Positions 1 to 5,072 of a stretch of 5,756 bases of DNA are shown piece after piece. The notes beneath the pieces are model-generated. The model was not told the origin of the DNA, made no database searches, and saw only the letters and a program-made list of their open reading frames with translations. Numbering within the stretch: position 1 is the first letter of the stretch; each line of letters opens with the position of its first letter. Both the position numbers and the translations under genes were made by a program. The stretch lies in the IMG/VR virus record IMGVR_UViG_3300045988_017492; one strand, given 5' to 3'. The stretch is from a virus.

Positions 1-99
1 ATTTTTTTTGTGACGTATCCTGCAACATATCTGTAAGTTTCCGGTACTGCTTGTGCTATTTGTATTTGACCCATGCCCCATAGGTCTTCTAGCCATTTA
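1..99. repeat. Terminal redundancy, copy 1 (identical to 5658..5756); signature of a circular assembly, not a biological repeat
   Basis: The string attttttttgtgacgtatcctgcaacatatctgtaagtttccggtactgcttgtgctatttgtatttgacccatgccccataggtcttctagccattta was read at both ends with 99/99 identity. Confidence 0.95.
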
Positions 100-662
100 C
101 TTGTGAAGTATCCGTTGTGTTTTACCTTGTATAGGTGTTCTAGGTCTGTTGGTCTCCATCCATATAGAATCATATGGTAATGCGGTCTTGCTGTCTGTTC
201 TCCATACTCTCCTGCCACAAAATAGCGTAATTTGCCCCTGTAAGCCTTTCTGAGGCGTTTTAAGAATTTTTGAATGTCAGTATACAGTAACGTTTGTACG
301 CTCTCTGGCCGCTTCTCTCCCGGTTTCCAGACGTATTGTACTTTTCGCATGATTTCGCCTGTATTTACAATCATTCCTGGTACATGGTCATCGTCATATG
401 TTAGTGTGATGAACCACACTTCTTCTTTCGGATAGTCTCGTGCTTCTAATTCTATTCGTGTTGTCCAGTCCTCTCTTTGTCTTATTCTGCATCCGATGCA
501 CTGTCCGCATGGTATTAACATGACATCTTTTCTGTACATCAAATCTTCATATTTGAGCTGTTTTCCCGATATTTCAGAAAAGCGGGCAAGTGAATACACC
601 CGCCCGCTTATGTCTTTGTTTTCCGGGTTGTACAGCCGTATTAACGGTTTGTAACAACTCAT
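1..662 (-). CDS. VP4: Replication initiation protein VP4 (HUH rolling-circle endonuclease), N-terminal 220 codons; the gene continues across the circular junction into 5756..5300
   Basis: The ORF is absent from the track because it runs off the window edge. Hand translation from ATG 662..660 gives MSCYKPLIRLYNPENKDISGRVYSLARFSEISGKQLKYEDLMYRKDVMLIPCGQCIGCRIRQREDWTTRIELEARDYPKEEVWFITLTYDDDHVPG...LRYFVAGEYGEQTARPHYHMILYGWRPTDLEHLYKVKHNGYFTSKWLEDLWGMGQIQIAQAVPETYRYVAGYVTKK. An in-frame TAA lies at 668..666. Visible motifs are CGQCIGCR, RCR motif I FITLTY (413..396), HUH motif HYH (182..174), and the two-tyrosine motif YVAGYVTK (29..6), which parallels YVAKYVNK of phiX174 protein A. The start overlaps the VP2 stop as ATGA (662..659). 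A GGTGA SD-like element sits 8 nt upstream. Confidence 0.9.
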   Translation of the reverse strand, partial: MSCYKPLIRLYNPENKDISGRVYSLARFSEISGKQLKYEDLMYRKDVMLIPCGQCIGCRIRQREDWTTRIELEARDYPKEEVWFITLTYDDDHVPGMIVNTGEIMRKVQYVWKPGEKRPESVQTLLYTDIQKFLKRLRKAYRGKLRYFVAGEYGEQTARPHYHMILYGWRPTDLEHLYKVKHNGYFTSKWLEDLWGMGQIQIAQAVPETYRYVAGYVTKK

Positions 663-1504
663 TTTTTAATATCACCGCCTTTGCCGCCGTGTGTTGTTCC
701 GCTTTTGCTTGTATGCGTCTTTGGTGCATCCGGTACGGTTTTTTCCGTCTTTTGCATTTGCCTGTAGGTTTTGAGCAGGTCTTCTGTAAGTTGCTTTGGG
801 CTGCTGTAACTTGTGCTCATTTGGCTGCCTACGGCTTCTGCGAGCTGATACCATTGGCTTTGGCTTTGCGATTTGCTGTAATAGCTTGTTGGTACGTTTC
901 CGCTCATTGTCGATACGCCTAGTGCGCTCGATGATGGCATTCCCATGCTTGCGCCTGTAATTGTTGCTCCAGATCCTCCCGGTGTGCTTGCTCCTCCGTT
1001 AGCAAATGCTAAAATAGGGTTCAGTCCAGCTTTTTTCATATCTTCTACGGCGCGTTGATAGCTAGTGCTGCTCATGCGCTCTTGGAATTCTCTGTTTGCC
1101 AGTGCTTCGGCACTGTTGTAATTCATTGCGGCATTTTGCTCGATGTGGTTATAGATTCCTTGCTGAATCGCTCCTAGTGTGTTGTACCCCATCTGCATTA
1201 ACATGTTTTGACGGTTTGTTTTGCTCTGGAATGCGTTTTGTCCACCTTGCCAGCCATAGAAGCGGTCTAGATAGTCCATAATCTGTTTATCGTTTGTGCC
1301 GCCTTCACTGCTTGAGCTGCTTGCTCCTCCCCCTTGGCTTTGGCTTTGGTTGTATCCTTGGCTTTGGCTTTGGCTTTGCTGCCCGTATAGTCCTTGAAGG
1401 CCTTTTCCTGCTAGTGTCATTGCTCCTGTGACTAGCTGCGGGTTTTGCGCTGCCCATTGTAAGCCTTTTGCTGCTATTCCACCGATTGCTGATAAAAAGC
1501 TCAT
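659..1504 (-). CDS. VP2: VP2 minor capsid / DNA pilot protein (H-like), 281 aa
   Basis: ORF-track entry with an ATG start at 1504..1502. It has a Gly/Gln/Ser-rich N-terminal half and the conserved gokushovirus VP2 block SSTSYQRAVEDMKKAGLNPILAF. It lies directly downstream of VP1. Confidence 0.85.
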   Translation of the reverse strand: MSFLSAIGGIAAKGLQWAAQNPQLVTGAMTLAGKGLQGLYGQQSQSQSQGYNQSQSQGGGASSSSSEGGTNDKQIMDYLDRFYGWQGGQNAFQSKTNRQNMLMQMGYNTLGAIQQGIYNHIEQNAAMNYNSAEALANREFQERMSSTSYQRAVEDMKKAGLNPILAFANGGASTPGGSGATITGASMGMPSSSALGVSTMSGNVPTSYYSKSQSQSQWYQLAEAVGSQMSTSYSSPKQLTEDLLKTYRQMQKTEKTVPDAPKTHTSKSGTTHGGKGGDIKK

Positions 1505-1505
1505 C

Positions 1506-1532
1506 TAAAAATAGCCCGGATTTCTCCGGGCT
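1506..1532 (-). terminator. Stem-loop plus T5 tract between the VP1 stop and the VP2 start: putative partial intrinsic terminator/attenuator that also bridges a distant Shine-Dalgarno to the VP2 ATG
   Basis: The minus strand reads TAA-gAAAGGAGGa-AGCCCGGA-gaaa-TCCGGGCT-aTTTTTag-ATG. The stem is 8 bp (1532..1525 with 1520..1513; 6 G:C pairs) with a GAAA tetraloop, followed by a run of five T (1511..1507). Confidence 0.5.
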
Positions 1533-1542
1533 TCCTCCTTTC

Positions 1543-3219
1543 TTACAGTTTGTACAATCCCGGTACACTGTACAAGGGCATTCTTCTTACGGTCTTGTTT
1601 GCTACTCGGATTGCGCCAAAGAACTGGTCTTCTTCCTGTTCAATGAGTGTTCTTGCAATTTCGTTTTTTCCTTCTGCCATCCACTCCTGCGACAGTGTTG
1701 GCACTTTATCGTAGTTGTCTGCGTAGTGCCAGAAATCCAATGTGCCTGTTGCGTTGCTTCTCATGAGGCCGCTTACGCGGTTTGGCTTCATTCTGTAGTC
1801 CGCCCATGCCTCTTGGTAGCCGAACGTCTCTTCATCTCTTGGTGTGCCGGTCAGCATGATTTCCTTTTTCTTTACGGGCTGTTCGCCTAGATTTGCAAAC
1901 TGCGGTACATAGTAGTCCAAGCGGTCCCTTCTGCCCCAGAATCGCTCAAGTCCCTGTTGGTACGTTCTGTTGTGACGTACGCACATTACACCGATTACAA
2001 ATCCGTGCTCCTCAAAGCTCTTTGTAAAGGAACTTTCATTGATAGGCGTTACCGACATTGCACCAGTTTCGCCAATAGGTGTATCGTTTGCGCCTTGCTG
2101 TCCGCTTGTCTGCACGATTTGGTTCATGTTGACGTGATAGCGTCCACCGCCGAGATATTCCGGAATCTGCACCGTTTTGTCGCTGATGGTTACATCCCAC
2201 AGTGCCTGTACCTGTTCACGGTATCTGCTACCACCTCGTGCCATCGCTTCATAGTACTGCTGCACTGCAACTGCGTTTCGCAGTTCGTTGATTGTTGTTG
2301 CGGTTACGCTGCTAAGGTCTGCTTTAAGGTATGCATCTGCAACGTAGTTATTTCCATCCAGTGTGCCTTTTCCTGTCAGTTTTCCTCCTTTTTCCGTGTT
2401 TTCAAAATTCGTTGTGCCGTTTGCTGGCCACGGCTGGTTTAAGATTATTTTATCTGTTACTTTGGCGCTTTCTTGGATGGTGTTATATCCAAATACCGGT
2501 GCGTTTCCAGCCATTGGTACGGTCACTTCCGGCCCACGCTGCGGATAAGGCAAGCAGCTTGAAAAGTAGTCGTGAAAACGGTTGACCGGAAGACATCTTC
2601 CGCCCCTGTATGCTTCTTTTAGTGTCGTTTCTGCATTTTCTTTTGTAGTTGGTGCTTGGTCTGAGTATATTACACTTTCATCGTCATCTGCTTCTACAGC
2701 TGCATTTCCTACGTTTTGGTCTCTGAAAAACTCGTTCCAGATTTTTACGTAAGCTCTTATGGGCAGTGCATTGATTTCGAATTTTTCATTTTTGGATTTT
2801 ACTACTTTTGTCGGTACGCCCATGTAGTCTAGGATGCTTTTTTCATATGGCATTGCGTCCGGGTTTGGTGTTTCGATTTTGATAGTCGGAATCCTGTACT
2901 CTTTTGTCGGCATCCATGGTGTACTTTCCACTTCTCCCATGAACCTTTTGAAGTTTTTCCACAGGATTCGGTTTGGACAATAGAAGTAATAAAAATCAAT
3001 AAACGCATCATCCATGACCGGGAATTTCGGTGTGGTCATTCGGATAATTGCGCTTGTATCCACCTCGAAAGTGTCTCCCGGCAGCACCTCGTCTACAAAG
3101 AATGGAATGAGTTTGCCACTGTCGAACGTGGTCAGGATTGTCTGGTCACGGTTAAACTTTGTTCGGCTTGTGTGCACCTGTGGTACTTGTAAGAAGTGGT
3201 TTTCATTGTTTCTGTTCAT
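1543..3219 (-). CDS. VP1: VP1 major capsid protein (F-like jelly-roll), 558 aa
   Basis: ORF-track entry. The N-terminus FLQVPQVHTSRTKFNRDQTILTTFDSGKLIPFFVDEVLPGDTF, plus FYCPNRILWKNFKRFMGE and TINELRNAVAVQQYYEAMARGGSRYREQVQALWDV, are hallmark gokushovirus VP1 blocks. The ATG at 3219..3217 overlaps the VP3 stop (ATGA). A GGGAG lies upstream. Confidence 0.95.
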   Translation of the reverse strand: MNRNNENHFLQVPQVHTSRTKFNRDQTILTTFDSGKLIPFFVDEVLPGDTFEVDTSAIIRMTTPKFPVMDDAFIDFYYFYCPNRILWKNFKRFMGEVESTPWMPTKEYRIPTIKIETPNPDAMPYEKSILDYMGVPTKVVKSKNEKFEINALPIRAYVKIWNEFFRDQNVGNAAVEADDDESVIYSDQAPTTKENAETTLKEAYRGGRCLPVNRFHDYFSSCLPYPQRGPEVTVPMAGNAPVFGYNTIQESAKVTDKIILNQPWPANGTTNFENTEKGGKLTGKGTLDGNNYVADAYLKADLSSVTATTINELRNAVAVQQYYEAMARGGSRYREQVQALWDVTISDKTVQIPEYLGGGRYHVNMNQIVQTSGQQGANDTPIGETGAMSVTPINESSFTKSFEEHGFVIGVMCVRHNRTYQQGLERFWGRRDRLDYYVPQFANLGEQPVKKKEIMLTGTPRDEETFGYQEAWADYRMKPNRVSGLMRSNATGTLDFWHYADNYDKVPTLSQEWMAEGKNEIARTLIEQEEDQFFGAIRVANKTVRRMPLYSVPGLYKL

Positions 3220-3614
3220 TCTGCCGTTTTACTCCCTTCTTCTGGTTCTTTTTTCTGTGCTTTGCTCTGCTCTTCCAGCTCTCTGAGCTTCATTGCGTTT
3301 ACTTGCGCAGTTGCAAGCAGCTGGTGATACTCGTGGATGTTTCGTGGCCATTCTGTTATGTCCATTTCTATGCCATCCATAACGCCTTTTTGAAGGCTTT
3401 CCAGAAACTCCGGGTCAAAGCTTGCCTTTCTGACGATGTTTTTAATATTGCATTCGTCTGAATAGCTTTCGATCTCCTGCTGGATGTCGATTGGTTCGGT
3501 TTCCTTCAGCTCTTTTTGGTTTTCTTCGTTCTTTGTCCAGACGTATTGTCTCCGCAGTTTTTCGCCCGGATTCGAAAAGAAGGGCTTTCGCCCTTCCTCG
3601 TATCGTTTATTCAT
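3216..3614 (-). CDS. VP3: VP3 internal scaffolding protein, 132 aa from ATG 3614 (the ORF track extends it to ATG 3677, 153 aa)
   Basis: The size, acidic composition and position immediately upstream of VP1 fit gokushovirus VP3, as does the block DECNIKNIVRKA. ATG 3614..3612 is preceded by GGGAGGG (3628..3622) with a 7-nt spacer and overlaps the stop of the upstream ORF (aaATGAATAA). ATG 3677 has no SD and would overlap that ORF by 71 nt. Confidence 0.8.
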   Translation of the reverse strand: MNKRYEEGRKPFFSNPGEKLRRQYVWTKNEENQKELKETEPIDIQQEIESYSDECNIKNIVRKASFDPEFLESLQKGVMDGIEMDITEWPRNIHEYHQLLATAQVNAMKLRELEEQSKAQKKEPEEGSKTAE

Positions 3615-3852
3615 TTGGTTTACCCTCCCATACTTTGTACTGTCCTTCACCCATGACAAAACATCCGTCTTCGTCATTGAAGTCTGCCAGTTTGTGCCCT
3701 GTGTAGTCCTCCGGACTCTGTCCGATAAAGGTTTTTTCGTCCTTTGCCATTACATTGCACATTCTTGCAAAAGTTGCGTCGTTCTTACTTTCTCCTACCC
3801 ATGCGTAGCACTTTGCCACTTTGTCCCAGATGCCATAATATTTGTGTTCCAT
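3607..3852 (-). CDS. Small conserved-looking Microviridae accessory ('nonstructural') protein, 81 aa; function unknown
   Basis: ATG 3852..3850 is preceded by AAGGAG with an 8-nt spacer. The pattern YYGIWDKV...NDATFARMC...SPEDYTGHKLADFNDEDG matches my memory of an ~80-aa family annotated as nonstructural/hypothetical in metagenomic gokushoviruses (Y-x-I-x-D ... ND-x-x-A-x-R ... PEDY ... FD-x-x-G). This is unverified. Confidence 0.7.
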   Translation of the reverse strand: MEHKYYGIWDKVAKCYAWVGESKNDATFARMCNVMAKDEKTFIGQSPEDYTGHKLADFNDEDGCFVMGEGQYKVWEGKPNE

Positions 3853-3865
3853 TGTTTTTCTCCTT

Positions 3866-3967
3866 TTACAGTCGGATGCCGCCCCTCATGGGCTTTTGGC
3901 TGAGGTTAATTGTTTTGGTCTTGCGTGCCGTCACGTTGAACATTCGGCGATCTTTTGCGCCGTTCAT
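3866..3967 (-). CDS. 33-aa highly basic peptide, ORF8/J-like putative DNA-binding (packaging) protein; not in the ORF track
   Basis: Hand translation of the minus strand gives ATG(3967..3965) MNGAKDRRMFNVTARKTKTINLSQKPMRGGIRL TAA(3868..3866). Nine of 33 residues are K/R. The C-terminal RGGIRL and the F-x-x-TA-x-KT-x-x-IN core resemble the small basic ORF8 proteins of gokushoviruses (compare the SpV4 ORF8 ending ...PRGGRRF, recalled from memory). The ATG lies 4 nt after the stop of the 74-aa ORF (TAAgaagATG), suggesting coupled reinitiation. Confidence 0.7.
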   Translation of the reverse strand: MNGAKDRRMFNVTARKTKTINLSQKPMRGGIRL

Positions 3968-3971
3968 CTTC

Positions 3972-4196
3972 TTACGATGCTGTGCCATTGCTGTACTCCC
4001 TTCTGATTAGTTCCATTTCGATTGCGTTTGCAAAACTTTTCATCCGCCATATTTCGTCAAGCATTTTTTTTGCGTCTTCGACGTTGGATATTTTGCGAAG
4101 CATTTTGTATTCGCCATCGATTTCTTTGTATTTTCGAGTTAGCAGCTTCTCAAGCACTTCTTTGGTCTGGTCTCTTACGTTCCATGTTTTGTGCAT
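3972..4196 (-). CDS. Hypothetical protein, 74 aa, predicted all-helical and charged; no family recognised
   Basis: ATG 4196..4194 is preceded by AAGGAG with a 9-nt spacer. That SD is embedded in the last codons of the upstream 40-aa ORF. The ORF fills the gap in the same-strand array exactly. Confidence 0.6.
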   Translation of the reverse strand: MHKTWNVRDQTKEVLEKLLTRKYKEIDGEYKMLRKISNVEDAKKMLDEIWRMKSFANAIEMELIRREYSNGTAS

Positions 4197-4202
4197 TACG
4201 GT

Positions 4203-4325
4203 TTACTCCTTTTCTTTTTCGTTGATGCTGTCATGCAGTGCATGATAGATTTCGTCAAGCTTTTCCAAAATCTGCATCATGAGACGGATTGCCTGCTTGA
4301 CGTCCTTGATGGAAATAAGTGCCAT
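4203..4325 (-). CDS. Hypothetical protein, 40 aa (MALISIKDVKQAIRLMMQILEKLDEIYHALHDSINEKEKE); amphipathic helix, no family recognised
   Basis: The track's 66-aa version starts at a TTG (4403) inside the peptidase gene. The internal ATG 4325..4323 lies 1 nt after the peptidase TAA (4329..4327) and is preceded by AAGGGGG with a 6-nt spacer, so it is the more plausible start. Confidence 0.5.
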   Translation of the reverse strand: MALISIKDVKQAIRLMMQILEKLDEIYHALHDSINEKEKE

Positions 4326-4326
4326 G

Positions 4327-4719
4327 TTACACCCCCTTTCTGTATTTGTTGGGTCGTGTATCAACGTGCACCCAACTTGCGTAGACGATGATGCCGCAGC
4401 CAAATGGAATGATTTTGTTTAGTTTGTTGGCGATTTCCTTTGCGGTCATGCCTTCAATCCGGATGTCTGCTGCCATTCCTCGCATGTGATATGAGTACTT
4501 AGCACCGCCTACTTTTTTATTCCTTGCCGGTGTTCTGTATCCGCTGGTTATGTATACCGGCTTTCCGACTTGGTTTCTGAGAATATCCAAAATAGATACC
4601 AGATAGTCATCCACAAAAACTACCTGTGAACCATCCTGGCACGCAAATTCCCGCACTTTGAAGTGCTGCCCTATTTTTTCGTTTGCGTCTGTGTCCATGA
4701 TATAGCATTTGATTGCCAT
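4327..4719 (-). CDS. Zinc D,D-/L,D-peptidase of the M15 (LAS) superfamily, Peptidase_M15_3/YcbK-like; putative peptidoglycan hydrolase (endolysin), 130 aa
   Basis: The sequence contains ...FKVREFACQDGS...ITSGYRTPARNKKVGGAKYSYHMRGMAADI...WVHVD. It shows the SGYR-x-x-x-x-N-x-x-VGG block, an H-x6-D zinc-ligand pair (SYHMRGMAAD) and the distal VHVD histidine typical of M15A-type peptidases. The track start at 4728 is a GTG inside the SD. ATG 4719..4717 is preceded by GAGAGGTGA with a 5-nt spacer. No N-terminal signal peptide or TM segment is visible. Confidence 0.8.
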   Translation of the reverse strand: MAIKCYIMDTDANEKIGQHFKVREFACQDGSQVVFVDDYLVSILDILRNQVGKPVYITSGYRTPARNKKVGGAKYSYHMRGMAADIRIEGMTAKEIANKLNKIIPFGCGIIVYASWVHVDTRPNKYRKGV

Positions 4720-4743
4720 GGCGTTCACCTCTCTTCATTTTGG

Positions 4744-4772
4744 ATTTTACCATTTTTCTTGTCGCTTGTCAA
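4744..4772 (-). promoter_or_regulatory. Strong sigma-70/sigma-A-type promoter driving the whole gene array
   Basis: The minus strand reads ccaaaaaacaa-TTGACA-agcgacaagaaaaatgg-TAAAAT. The -35 element is a perfect TTGACA (4772..4767) and the spacer is exactly 17 nt. The -10 is TAAAAT (4749..4744) with an extended -10 TG (TGgTAAAAT). An A-rich UP-like tract lies upstream. The predicted TSS is near 4737, about 18 nt before the peptidase ATG. Confidence 0.7.
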
Positions 4773-4863
4773 TTGTTTTTTGGTTTGAATGGCGCTTTAG
4801 CGCCTTGCCGTGTGGAGCGCAGCGGAACTCGGCTTAATCCATTCATTTTTAGCGCTGTGCGCG

Positions 4864-5038
4864 TTTTCAACACTTTCAACATTTTCAACAGGTTTTCAAC
4901 ATAAAGTTGCACAATGATTTTCGTCATTTTGACGGACTTTCAACAATTCAACATTTTTTCCACAATTCTTTCAACAGTGTTTTTCGCTTGTTTTTAACGT
5001 TTTATCGTTATAAATTTATACTTTTCAACTTTTCCACA
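4864..5038. repeat. Array of ten same-orientation 9-mers, consensus yTTTCAACA (plus strand) = TGTTGAAAr (minus strand); iteron-like / DnaA-box-like
   Basis: Plus-strand copies are: 4864 TTTTCAACA, 4873 CTTTCAACA, 4882 TTTTCAACA, 4893 TTTTCAACA, 4937 CTTTCAACA, 4945 AATTCAACA, 4956 TTTTCCACA, 4968 CTTTCAACA, 5022 TTTTCAACT, 5030 TTTTCCACA. The first four are contiguous at 9/9/11-nt phasing. The two TTTTCCACA copies satisfy the relaxed DnaA-box consensus TTWTNCACA. Confidence 0.85.
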
Positions 5039-5072
5039 TACTCTACTACTACGTCTACAACAAGTTAATATA

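Noticed and set aside
672-854. Minus-strand alternative-frame ORFs nested in real genes (672..854 in VP2; also 1305..1568 across VP1/VP2, 2829..3011 in VP1, 5472..5753 in Rep)
   Set aside because: They are very basic or low-complexity (for example KPKPKP, generated by the QS hexamer repeats read out of frame), and I could see no SD. Overprinted genes do exist in Microviridae, so this is a judgement call, but nothing in the sequence supports them. In particular, none has the N-terminal TM helix expected of an E-like lysis protein.
590-4391. All plus-strand ORFs in the track within the coding block (590..922, 1096..1281, 1468..1890, 1957..2442, 2331..2585, 2363..2548, 3014..3286, 3159..3461, 3484..3903, 3491..3706, 3744..4010, 3955..4245, 4022..4225, 4191..4391)
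   Set aside because: Each lies antisense to a well-supported minus-strand gene. Several start at GTG/TTG, and none has a visible SD or promoter. Their Cys/Phe/Leu/Val-rich low-complexity translations are what a T-rich antisense strand yields. No family motif was recognised.
4327-4728. ORF-track start codons GTG 4728 (peptidase) and TTG 4403 (66-aa ORF)
   Set aside because: Both are non-ATG codons. GTG 4728 lies inside the SD that serves ATG 4719. TTG 4403 lies deep inside the peptidase gene, whereas ATG 4325 has its own SD immediately after the peptidase stop.
4610-4738. 43-aa out-of-frame ORF from ATG 4738..4736 (MKRGERHGNQMLYHG...), overlapping the start of the peptidase gene
   Set aside because: The ATG sits at or upstream of the predicted transcription start, has no SD, and the product has no recognisable features.
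4713-4904. Plus-strand 63-aa ORF with a TM-like stretch (LFILDFTIFLVACQLFFGL) diverging from the peptidase gene; considered as a missing holin
   Set aside because: It starts at TTG with no SD or plus-strand promoter, runs antisense through the promoter and into the iteron array, and its hydrophobicity is explained by the T-rich strand. It is worth a TMHMM or conservation check only if a holin is being sought.
4864-5038. TTCAACA repeat array as a CRISPR array or as tandem -35 (TTGAAA) promoter elements
   Set aside because: The units are 9 nt with little or no spacer, which is far too short for CRISPR repeats and spacers. No appropriately spaced -10 hexamer follows any TTGAAA. The best case, TTGAAA-18-TAAAAC near 5029..5000, is weak.
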